A stretch of DNA of 64,000 bases from Pseudomonadota bacterium (GTDB lineage: Bacteria; Desulfobacterota; Desulfarculia; Desulfarculales; Desulfarculaceae): assembly GCA_043804825.1 (NCBI GenBank), contig JAZDIQ010000019.1:18223-82222 (forward strand), read 5' to 3'. Position numbers and translations under genes: made by a program. This document shows positions 17,396-25,678 of this stretch, one piece after another. Below the pieces are notes generated by a model that saw only the letters and a list, made by a program, of their open reading frames with translations, did not search any database and was not told where the DNA came from. Positions within the stretch are counted from its first letter, which is position 1. The number at the start of each line of letters is the position of its first letter.

Positions 17396-20218
17396 ATGGG
17401 TCTTTTGAAAGTCTATACCCGCAGATTGCTCAACATCCTGCGCAACGAGGTCCTGGTGCTGCCCAGCCGGGTGGCCCTGTTGGTCGGGGTGCTGTTTCTA
17501 CTGGCGCTGCCCCTGATCACCCAGGACTACTACTTCCTGCGCGTAATGATCCTCACCGCCATCTTCGCCATCCTGGCCGCCAGCTGGGATTTGCTCTCGG
17601 GTTTCACCGGGCAGATGAACTTCGGCCACGCCCTGTTCTTCGGCGTCTCGGCCTATGTCACGGCATTGCTGAACATCGACCTGGGTTTCCCGCCCATCCT
17701 GTCCATCCCCCTGGGGGCGGTGGGCGGAGTGGTGGCCGGGCTGGTGGTGGGCATCCCCTGCCTGCGGCTTAGGGGCTCCTACCTGGCGCTGACCACCCTG
17801 GCCTTTCCCATCATCCTCATGGGCCTGGTTTTCGCCATGCCGGGGCTCACCGGCGGCGAGCTGGGCCTCTCCGGGCTCTCGCGCCTGAGCGGCTCGCGCA
17901 CCACCGACTACTACCTCATCACCGGGGTGATGCTCCTGTGCTGCCTGGTGATGTGGAAGATCACCGAGTCCAACACCGGCATCATCCTGCACGCCATCCG
18001 CGAGGACGAGCTGGCCGCCCGGGCCGCGGGCATCAACACCACCCGCTACAAGCTCCTGGCTTTTTGCCTCAGCGGCTTCTTCGCGGGCATCGCCGGCGGG
18101 CTCTACGCCCACTTCATGCGCCTGGCCGGCCCCTCCACCCTGGAGGTCTCGCTGTCCTTCCAGGTGATCATCTGGGCGGTCTTCGGCGGCATGGTCTCCA
18201 TCTACGGCCCGGTGGTGGGCGTGTTTCTGCTCAACCCCCTGATGGAGGTGCTGCGCGGGGTGCAGGAGAGCTTCCCCGCCCTGCCGGAGATGCGCATGTT
18301 CGTCTTCGCCGGCCTGGTGCTGGTGACCTTGTTGTTCATGCCCGAGGGCCTGGTGCCCTGGCTCAAGGACCTCCTGGAGACCGAGTGCCCGCGCTGCAAG
18401 GTGCGCAACGCCCGCTCCCGGGGCCGCTGCCGGGTCTGCGACGCCAGCCTGCAAGGCCAGGTGCAGTCCTCGGCCCCGGAAGAGACCAGCGAGCAACCCA
18501 CCGCCCAGGCCCAGGAACCTAGCTATCTCGCCAAGCCCTGGCTGGCATTTTACCCGCCGGGCGTGCCCGAGTTCATGGACATCCCCACCGGCTCGGTGCC
18601 CCAGCTCTTCGACCAGGCGGCCGAGAAGTTCGGCGGCCAGAGCGCCCTGATCTTCTACGGCACCAAGATCAGCTACCAGGAGTTGAAGGACCTGGCCGAG
18701 CGTTTCGCCGCCGGCCTGGTGGGCCTGGGGATCAAGAAGGGCGACCGCGTGGCCCTGCTTTTGCTCAACTGCCCCCAGTACGTCATCGCCTATCTGGGCG
18801 CCCTGAAGGCCGGGGCGGTGGTGACGCCGGTCAGCCCGGTCTACACCAGCCAGGAGGTGGCTCACCAGCTAAAGGACAGCGGCGCCCGCGTGGTGGTCTG
18901 CCAGGACATCCTCTACGACAACGTGGAGAAGACCGGCCTGGCCCTGGACAAGGTGATCATCACCGCCGTGGACGAGTACCTGCCGGCCATCAAGAAGATG
19001 GTGGCCAACAAGCTGTTGCAGAAGGCCTACGGCGGCCTCTCCGTGCCCGACGCCGCCAAGATGGCCCAGGCCGGGCTCTTGGGCTTCCAGGACCTCATCA
19101 AGCAGAACCAGCCCCTGGCCGTCCCGGTAAGCATCGACCCACAGATGGACTTGGCGGCCCTGCCCTACACCGGCGGCACCACCGGCCACCCCAAGGCGGC
19201 CATGATCACCCACCGCAACATCGTGGCCTGCCAGAAGCAGGCCCTGGCCTTCTGGGAGCACAAGTTCAAGGACGGCCAGGAGACGGTCATCGCCTTCCTG
19301 CCTTTGTTCCACATCTACGGCCAGGTGGTGATCATGCTCACCGGCCTAATGCGCGGCCACACCCTGGTCTTGTTCACCACCCCGGAGATGGACGAGATAC
19401 TGGCGGCCATGGAGCGCTACGACGCATCCGCCTTCTACGGGGTGCCCACCCTCTACGAGCACCTCAAGGAATACGAGAAGACCGACCGCGTCGACTGGAA
19501 GCGCGTCAAGGTGCTGGTCTGCGGGGCCGACACCCTGCAACAGACCACCGTGGAGGGCTGGGAGCGCCGCACCAAGAGCCACATCACCCAGGGCTACGGC
19601 ATGACCGAGACCGCCGCCGTGACCCACACCAACCCCCTGGATCGCCCCAAGAAGGGCTCCTTCGGGCTGCCCATACCCAACATCGACGCCGCCGTGGTGG
19701 ACGTGGAGACCCTGGAGTTCATGCCCGTGGGCCAGGTGGGCGAGCTGCTCGTCAGCGGCCCCAACGTGATGCAGGGCTACTGGCAAAGACCCAAGGACAA
19801 CCTGGAGACCATGATCCAGCTTCACGGGCGCACCTGGCTGCGCACCGGCGACCTGGTGAGCATGGACCAGGAGGGATACTTCCACTTCTTCGACCGCAAG
19901 CGCGATCTCATCAAGCACCGGGGTTACTCGGTGTTTGCCAAGCACGTGGAGGAGGTGCTCTACAGTCATCCCCAGGTCAAGGCCGCCGGCGTGGTGGGCG
20001 TGCCCGACCCCAAGGTGGGGCAACTGATCAAGGCCTATGTGGTCTGCCAGGCCGAGGCCCGCGGCAAGCTCTCCGAGGAAGAGCTGATGTGCTACTGCCG
20101 CGAGAAGCTGGCCCACTACAAGGTGCCCCAGATCATCGAGTTCCGGGGCGAGCTGCCCAAGACCGACGTGGGCAAGGTATCGCGCCGCGAGCTGCGCGAA
20201 CAGACCGAGGAGGCTTGA
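17396..20218 (+). CDS. fusion protein: LivM-type ABC permease + Cys4 zinc ribbon + long-chain-fatty-acid-CoA-ligase-like adenylation enzyme
   Basis: One 940-aa frame. LivM motifs (GFTGQMNFGH, RLRGSYLALTTL, AIREDELAA, MPEGL), then CPRC-x10-CRVC, a polar linker, and ligase motifs KPW, YTGGTTGHPK, QGYGMTE, RTGD, PKTDVGK. Confidence 0.9.
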   Translation: MGLLKVYTRRLLNILRNEVLVLPSRVALLVGVLFLLALPLITQDYYFLRVMILTAIFAILAASWDLLSGFTGQMNFGHALFFGVSAYVTALLNIDLGFPPILSIPLGAVGGVVAGLVVGIPCLRLRGSYLALTTLAFPIILMGLVFAMPGLTGGELGLSGLSRLSGSRTTDYYLITGVMLLCCLVMWKITESNTGIILHAIREDELAARAAGINTTRYKLLAFCLSGFFAGIAGGLYAHFMRLAGPSTLEVSLSFQVIIWAVFGGMVSIYGPVVGVFLLNPLMEVLRGVQESFPALPEMRMFVFAGLVLVTLLFMPEGLVPWLKDLLETECPRCKVRNARSRGRCRVCDASLQGQVQSSAPEETSEQPTAQAQEPSYLAKPWLAFYPPGVPEFMDIPTGSVPQLFDQAAEKFGGQSALIFYGTKISYQELKDLAERFAAGLVGLGIKKGDRVALLLLNCPQYVIAYLGALKAGAVVTPVSPVYTSQEVAHQLKDSGARVVVCQDILYDNVEKTGLALDKVIITAVDEYLPAIKKMVANKLLQKAYGGLSVPDAAKMAQAGLLGFQDLIKQNQPLAVPVSIDPQMDLAALPYTGGTTGHPKAAMITHRNIVACQKQALAFWEHKFKDGQETVIAFLPLFHIYGQVVIMLTGLMRGHTLVLFTTPEMDEILAAMERYDASAFYGVPTLYEHLKEYEKTDRVDWKRVKVLVCGADTLQQTTVEGWERRTKSHITQGYGMTETAAVTHTNPLDRPKKGSFGLPIPNIDAAVVDVETLEFMPVGQVGELLVSGPNVMQGYWQRPKDNLETMIQLHGRTWLRTGDLVSMDQEGYFHFFDRKRDLIKHRGYSVFAKHVEEVLYSHPQVKAAGVVGVPDPKVGQLIKAYVVCQAEARGKLSEEELMCYCREKLAHYKVPQIIEFRGELPKTDVGKVSRRELREQTEEA

Positions 20219-20221
20219 GCC

Positions 20222-20989
20222 ATGGCCCAGTCGTTTTTGGAAGTGCACGACCTGCACAAGAACTTCGGCGGGCTCACCGCCACCAACCAGGTCAGCTTCA
20301 ATTTGGACCGCAAGGAAGTGCTGGGGCTGATCGGCCCCAATGGCGCCGGCAAGACCACCCTGTTGCGGCTGATCACCGGCATCCTGAAGCCCGACTCCGG
20401 CAGCGTGCGGTTCAAGGGCGAGGACATCACCGGCAAGAAGACCTGGGAGATCGTGAACAAGGGCATCGCCCCCACCTTCCAGAACATGCGCCCCTTTCGC
20501 CGGCTGCCCATCATCGCCAACGTGATGGTCTCCTGCCTGAGCCCGCGCTCCATGAAGCGCGGCGAATGGGTCAAGAAGGTGGAGGCCAAGGCCATGGACG
20601 CCCTGGAGTTCGCCGGCATCTCCGACATGGCCCTGGAGAAGGCCGCCACCCTGAGCCAGGGCGACTTGAAGCGCCTGGAGGTGGCCCGGGCCGTGGCCAC
20701 CGAGCCGGAGCTTTTGCTGTTGGACGAGCCCTTCGGGGGCCTGAGCCCCGCCGAGACCGACCTTATGGCCAAGTCCATCGCCCGGCTGCACAAGGGCGGG
20801 CGCTTCGGGCGCCTGCACAGCGAGGGGCCGGCCATGATCATCATCGAGCACAAGCTTCAGCAACTCATGAAGATCGTGGACCGCATCGTGGTGCTCGACT
20901 TCGGCACCATCATCGCCGACGGACCTCCCGAGGAGATCGTGCGCAACCCCGAGGTGATCGAGGCCTATCTGGGCAAGGGAGGCATCTAA
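20222..20989 (+). CDS. LivG-type ABC ATPase
   Basis: GPNGAGKTT, TFQN, LLLDEP, IEH, VIEAYLG. Confidence 0.93.
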   Translation: MAQSFLEVHDLHKNFGGLTATNQVSFNLDRKEVLGLIGPNGAGKTTLLRLITGILKPDSGSVRFKGEDITGKKTWEIVNKGIAPTFQNMRPFRRLPIIANVMVSCLSPRSMKRGEWVKKVEAKAMDALEFAGISDMALEKAATLSQGDLKRLEVARAVATEPELLLLDEPFGGLSPAETDLMAKSIARLHKGGRFGRLHSEGPAMIIIEHKLQQLMKIVDRIVVLDFGTIIADGPPEEIVRNPEVIEAYLGKGGI

Positions 20990-21739
20990 GTGCTGCTAGA
21001 TGTGAGCAACCTGACGGTCTGCTATGACAAGGCCATGATATTGAACGGCATCTCCATGCAGGTGGACGACGGCGAACTGGTGAGCCTGGTGGGGCCCAAC
21101 GGCGCCGGCAAATCCACGGTGCTCAGGGCCATCACCGGCCTGGTGGCCTGGGAGAAGCAGATGAAGCGGGGCACCACCGGCGGCGGCGTGACCCTGGAGG
21201 GCCAGGTCAGCTTCCAGGGGCGGGCCATCGGCCAGATGCCGGCCCACGAGATCGTGCGCCTGGGCCTGGTGCACTGCCCCGAGCGGCGCCGGCCCTTTCG
21301 CGAGATGAGCGTGCGCGACAACCTCATGGCCGGGGCCTACCTGCACAGCGCCAAGGGACAGACCAGCGCCGACCTGGACAAGGTGTTCCAACTCTTCCCG
21401 GTGCTGGAGCGGCGCCTGGCCCAGGTCTCGGGCACCCTCTCCGGCGGCGAGCAGCAGATGCTGGCCGTGGGCCGCGCCCTGATGTCGCGCCCAACGCTGC
21501 TATGCATCGACGAGCCCTCCACGGGCCTGGCGCCGCTGATGCGCCAGGAGGTCTTCAAAAAAATCGAGGAGATTCGCGCCACCGGCGTGACCATCCTCCT
21601 GGTGGAGCAGGAGGTGGCCTCGGTCTTTGCCATGGCCGACCGCAACTACGTGCTCTCCTCGGGGCGCATCATCGCCCAGGGCAAGGGTGAGGCGCTTTTG
21701 CAGGACGAGGTGATCCGCAAGACCTACCTGGGGCTCTGA
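20990..21739 (+). CDS. LivF-type ABC ATPase
   Basis: GPNGAGKST, PERRRPF, LSGGEQQM, IDEPSTGLAP, LLVEQ; GTG start after GGAGG. Confidence 0.93.
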   Translation: MLLDVSNLTVCYDKAMILNGISMQVDDGELVSLVGPNGAGKSTVLRAITGLVAWEKQMKRGTTGGGVTLEGQVSFQGRAIGQMPAHEIVRLGLVHCPERRRPFREMSVRDNLMAGAYLHSAKGQTSADLDKVFQLFPVLERRLAQVSGTLSGGEQQMLAVGRALMSRPTLLCIDEPSTGLAPLMRQEVFKKIEEIRATGVTILLVEQEVASVFAMADRNYVLSSGRIIAQGKGEALLQDEVIRKTYLGL

Positions 21740-21816
21740 GCGCGGGGGCGGAGCCGGGGAACCCCGTAACCTCAAGCCAAGCCGCCGGACCCCGCCGAGA
21801 GGCCATCTAAAAAATA

Positions 21817-21843
21817 CGCGGGCGGGGGTTATCCCCGCCCGTG
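21817..21843 (-). terminator. intrinsic terminator between convergent livF-like and abfD genes
   Basis: CGCGGGCGGGG-gttat-CCCCGCCCGTG with an adjacent A-tract (U-tract on the minus strand). Confidence 0.7.
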
Positions 21844-21858
21844 CTGCTGGGCTTGGTT

Positions 21859-23307
21859 TCAGGCGATGGACAAGAGCCCCTTCACCTTCCGCATCTTGGC
21901 CTCCATGCCCGCCTGGCGCTCGATCATGATGCGCTGGGCGGCCGGCGGGCCGGCGCCGTGCATGGACTCGATGAGATAACCCACGGCCCCGGCGCCGGCG
22001 GTGAGGTTCTCGATGAGCCTGAGCACCTTGACCCGGTCCAGCACCGCGAAGTCGGGGTTGGCCGCCAGGTATTTGAGCAGATAGGGGCTGGTCTCGGGGT
22101 CGTTGAAGTCGGCCGCCGAGGGCAGGGTGCCCAGGAGGCCGCCGGCGATATCCGTGGCCAGGCGGGCGATCTCGTAGGGCAGGCGGGTGACGTTGAGCTT
22201 GCAGACGTTGGCCAAGAGCAGATCCACCAGGTAGTTGCCCGCCGCCGTGGGCTGGCCCTCATGGGAGCAGGCCAGGCCGCAGGCGTAGAGCGTCTCGTTG
22301 AGGTGGTTCATCTCGATGAGCTTCTCGCGGATGTGGCCGGCCTTGTCCACGCCGTTCATGCGCGCCATCAGGGCCGTGGCGCCGATGAGCACGTCGCCCA
22401 CCCCTACCTTGCAGCCGCCGTAGCTCTGGCGGTGGTAGGAGGCGAAGCGCTCCACCAGGGTGCCGCTGAAATCCACCTGGCCATCCAGAAACACCCGCTC
22501 GTCGGGCACGAAGACGTCCTCGAAGACGGTCATCACCTCCTGGCCGCCGAAGACCGGGTTGCCCACGTCCAGGGTGTCGGGCTCCAGCTTGCGGGTGTCG
22601 CTGGCTTGGCGGCCGTAGATGTAGCGCACGCCGGGGGCGTTGACCGGCACCGCGCAGCAGATGGCCCAGGCCTCCTCGCCGGCGCGCATGGCCATGGTGG
22701 GCATGACCAGTATCTCGTGGGAGTTGAGCATGCCGGTCTGGTGCAGCTTGGCCCCGCTGATGATCACCCCGCCGGGCCTACGCTCCTTGACCCGCAAAAA
22801 GAGATCAGGGTCCACCTGATCCTTGGGGCGCTTGCCGCGGTCGCCCTTGGGGTCGGTCATGGCCCCGTCCACCACCAGGTCCTCTCGCTGCACCCAGGCC
22901 CAGTAGTCCCTGAAGCGGGCGTGGTAGCTGGTGCCGTGGGCCTGGTCGCAGTCATAGGTGGTGCTGAACACGGCGTTGGCCGCGTCCATGCCCACGCAAC
23001 GCTGGAAGCAGCAGCCGGTGGCGGAGCCGCAGTGGCGCTGCATCTTGACCTTGCGCACCAGGTCCTGGGCGCTCTGGTGCAGGTGGGTGAAGCGGTTCAC
23101 CTCCTCCTGGCACAGGGGCGAGACCACCCGGAACAGGTCCCGGGAGCCCGGGTCGTGGGCCGCGTCGTAGGTGAAGGCCACCGCCCGCCGCGAGGGGGCC
23201 ACCAGGCCGTGGCCGGCCAACTGGCCGCTGGGTTGCCCCAGGATATGGGCCGAGAGGTCCAGGGGATCCAGGGATTGCAGGTACTGCTCACCGGTTTTAA
23301 GGGCCAT
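21859..23307 (-). CDS. abfD: 4-hydroxybutyryl-CoA dehydratase / vinylacetyl-CoA isomerase family (FAD, 4Fe-4S)
   Basis: CFQRCVGMD, GAMTDPKGDR, GAKLHQTG, YHRQSYGGCK, ESMHGAG. Confidence 0.9.
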   Translation of the reverse strand: MALKTGEQYLQSLDPLDLSAHILGQPSGQLAGHGLVAPSRRAVAFTYDAAHDPGSRDLFRVVSPLCQEEVNRFTHLHQSAQDLVRKVKMQRHCGSATGCCFQRCVGMDAANAVFSTTYDCDQAHGTSYHARFRDYWAWVQREDLVVDGAMTDPKGDRGKRPKDQVDPDLFLRVKERRPGGVIISGAKLHQTGMLNSHEILVMPTMAMRAGEEAWAICCAVPVNAPGVRYIYGRQASDTRKLEPDTLDVGNPVFGGQEVMTVFEDVFVPDERVFLDGQVDFSGTLVERFASYHRQSYGGCKVGVGDVLIGATALMARMNGVDKAGHIREKLIEMNHLNETLYACGLACSHEGQPTAAGNYLVDLLLANVCKLNVTRLPYEIARLATDIAGGLLGTLPSAADFNDPETSPYLLKYLAANPDFAVLDRVKVLRLIENLTAGAGAVGYLIESMHGAGPPAAQRIMIERQAGMEAKMRKVKGLLSIA

Positions 23308-23417
23308 GACGCGCTCTCCGGCTGGGGTGGGAGTATTTTTTTAGCATACATAACTTGCGCGTTACCTGCCAGGCCATATTGCATTCTTAGGCAATGTATA
23401 TATAATGTTGAGTCATT

Positions 23418-23457
23418 CGCGTATAGTTATGGTATACGTATAGTGCTAGTATACGCG
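23418..23457. promoter_or_regulatory. symmetric double operator between divergent abfD and acyl-CoA dehydrogenase genes
   Basis: CGCGTATA-N7-TATACGTATA-N7-TATACGCG. Confidence 0.6.
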
Positions 23458-23511
23458 GCCCGCCGCCCCGGCCGGCCGGCCGCTCCTAAAACCAGCAACC
23501 TGGAGACAACC

Positions 23512-25332
23512 ATGGGCACCAACCATTTCCGCCGCGACGGCCGCGACACCAAATTCCTGCTCTTCGAGCACCTGGGCGTGGACCGCCTGCTCAAATATGA
23601 AAAGTTCCAGGACTTCAGCGTCGACGACCTGGGCATGATCGTGGAGGAGGCGCTCAAGGTGGGGCGCGAGGTGCTGGGGCCGGGCTTGCAGGACGGCGAC
23701 CGCATCGGCTGCTCCTACGCCGAGGGCGTGGTGACCACGCCCGACTCCTGGAAGGAAATCTGGAAGGTCCTGACCGAGAACGGCTGGCCGGCCGCGGGGC
23801 AGAGCCCCGAGTTCGGCGGGCAGGGCCTGCCGGTGGTGGTCAGCGGCCTGGTCAACGAGATATTCAACAGCGCCAACATGGCCGTGATGACCTATCCGGG
23901 CCTGTGCATCGGCGCCGGCCACCTCATCGAAACCTTCGGCGGCGATGACGACAAGGCCCGCTTCGTGGAGGCCATGTACACCGGGCGCTGGGGCGGCACC
24001 ATGTGCCTGACCGAGAACGACGCCGGCTCCGACGTGGGCGCCCTGCGCACCAAGGCCGTGGCCGACCCGAGCGCCGGCGACCCCCGCATCTACAAGATCG
24101 AGGGCAGCAAGCGCTTCATCACCTGCGGCGAGCACGACCTGACCGAGAACATCATCCACCTGGTCTTGGCGCGCATCGAGGGCGGCCCGGCCGGCACCAA
24201 GGGCATCAGTCTGTTCATCGTGCCCAAGTTCTGGGTCAACGAGGACGGCTCCCTGGGCGAGCTAAACGACGTCTTCTGCACCGGCATCGAGCACAAGATG
24301 GGCATCCACGGCTCCAGCACCTGCTCCTTGAGCTTCGGCGAAAAAGGCCAGTGCCGGGGCATCCTCTTGGGCGAGCCCCACAGCGGCATGGCCAAGATGT
24401 TCCAGATGATGAACGGCGCCCGCATCGGCTGCGGCATCCAGTCCACCGGCATCGCCGCCAGCGCCTACGACTCCGCCCGCAACTACGCCAAGGAGCGCAT
24501 CCAGGGCGCGCCCCTGGCCGACCGCCACGGCGCCGGGGTGCCCATCATCCAGCACGAGGACGTGCGCCGCATGCTGATGAACCTCAAGGCCGGTTCCGAG
24601 GCCATGCGCGCCCTGTTGGCCTACCTTTTGTTCAACGAGGACATGGCCTCCTACGACCCCGACCCCCAGGTCCGCCAGCTGGCCGCCGGCAAGGTGGAGC
24701 TTCTGACCCCCCTGGTCAAGGCCTACAACACCGACCTGGGCTACCAGCTCACCCGCGACGCCATCCAGGTGCTGGGCGGCTCGGGCTATTGCAGCGACTT
24801 CCCGGTGGAGCAGAACGCCCGCGACATCAAGATTCTCTCCATTTGGGAAGGCACCAACTACATCCAGTCCCTGGACCTGGTGGGGCGCAAGCTGCCCATG
24901 GCCGGTGGCAAGATATTCCAGGGCGTGATGGCCGAACTGATGGGCCTGGCCAAGACCAACGCCCAGGATGCCGATTTCGCCGCCGACTTCGGCCTGCTGG
25001 AACAGGCCACCGGCGTGGTGGGCGACTTCGCCAAGCGCTTCTCGGGCTACTTCAAGGACGGGCGCATCTCATTGGTGCCCATGTATGCCACGCGTTTCCT
25101 GGAGTGTTTCGCCGAGGTGATCCTGGCCAAGCTGATGCTGGAGCAGGGGCTCGTCGCCCGCGACAAACTCTCCGGCGTGGCCCCCGATTCGGCCGACGGC
25201 ATCTTCTACCGCGGCAAGATCGGCAGCGCCAAGTTCTTCTGCCGCAACATCTTGACCAACGTTTTCGGACGCTACCAGGCCCTCAAGCAGGAGGACCTCT
25301 CGGCCCTGGAAGTGCCGGAGGAGGCCTTCTAA
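23512..25332 (+). CDS. acyl-CoA dehydrogenase (~600-aa FadE5/DmdC-like group)
   Basis: GTMCLTE..AGSD, GSKRFIT, GTKGISLF, EHKMGIHGS, QVLGGSGY, catalytic IWEGTN; RBS GGAGA. Confidence 0.93.
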   Translation: MGTNHFRRDGRDTKFLLFEHLGVDRLLKYEKFQDFSVDDLGMIVEEALKVGREVLGPGLQDGDRIGCSYAEGVVTTPDSWKEIWKVLTENGWPAAGQSPEFGGQGLPVVVSGLVNEIFNSANMAVMTYPGLCIGAGHLIETFGGDDDKARFVEAMYTGRWGGTMCLTENDAGSDVGALRTKAVADPSAGDPRIYKIEGSKRFITCGEHDLTENIIHLVLARIEGGPAGTKGISLFIVPKFWVNEDGSLGELNDVFCTGIEHKMGIHGSSTCSLSFGEKGQCRGILLGEPHSGMAKMFQMMNGARIGCGIQSTGIAASAYDSARNYAKERIQGAPLADRHGAGVPIIQHEDVRRMLMNLKAGSEAMRALLAYLLFNEDMASYDPDPQVRQLAAGKVELLTPLVKAYNTDLGYQLTRDAIQVLGGSGYCSDFPVEQNARDIKILSIWEGTNYIQSLDLVGRKLPMAGGKIFQGVMAELMGLAKTNAQDADFAADFGLLEQATGVVGDFAKRFSGYFKDGRISLVPMYATRFLECFAEVILAKLMLEQGLVARDKLSGVAPDSADGIFYRGKIGSAKFFCRNILTNVFGRYQALKQEDLSALEVPEEAF

Positions 25333-25408
25333 ATATTTATGGCGCGAACAAGGCCTTCCATGGCTTTGCTCGCAACTTGATATGGATGGACCACCGCGGG
25401 CGCGGGAC

Positions 25409-25441
25409 GGGGGGTCTTGACCATGGTGGTCAAGACCCCCC
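25409..25441. terminator. perfect 15-bp stem-loop after the acyl-CoA dehydrogenase
   Basis: GGGGGGTCTTGACCA-tgg-TGGTCAAGACCCCCC. Confidence 0.55.
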
Positions 25442-25500
25442 ATCTTATGGGCCCCTGACCGCCTGGCGGCGCCGGCGCGGCCCCGGGGGGCGCTTAATCG

Positions 25501-25529
25501 TTGAAATACCGCAATGGGACGCTGATAAT
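25501..25529 (+). promoter_or_regulatory. sigma70 promoter candidate for the RND operon
   Basis: TTGAAA-N17-GATAAT. Confidence 0.5.
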
Positions 25530-25678
25530 AGTCTTTAACGTCGGGACCGCCTGTATGCCTATCCCGATACCACCAGGCTGGCCGGTCGGGATTATTCGTC
25601 CCGGCGTGCAGGGAGGCCTTCGGCTGCCCGGCCCCCGGCCGCCGTCCCGCGTCCATCGCCCCATACCCGGAGTCAAGC

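Noticed and set aside
21841-23511. Apparent 1163-aa ORF suggesting a long N-terminal fusion to the acyl-CoA dehydrogenase
   Set aside because: The extension is the antisense frame of abfD plus the spacer; the real start is ATG 23512 with an RBS.
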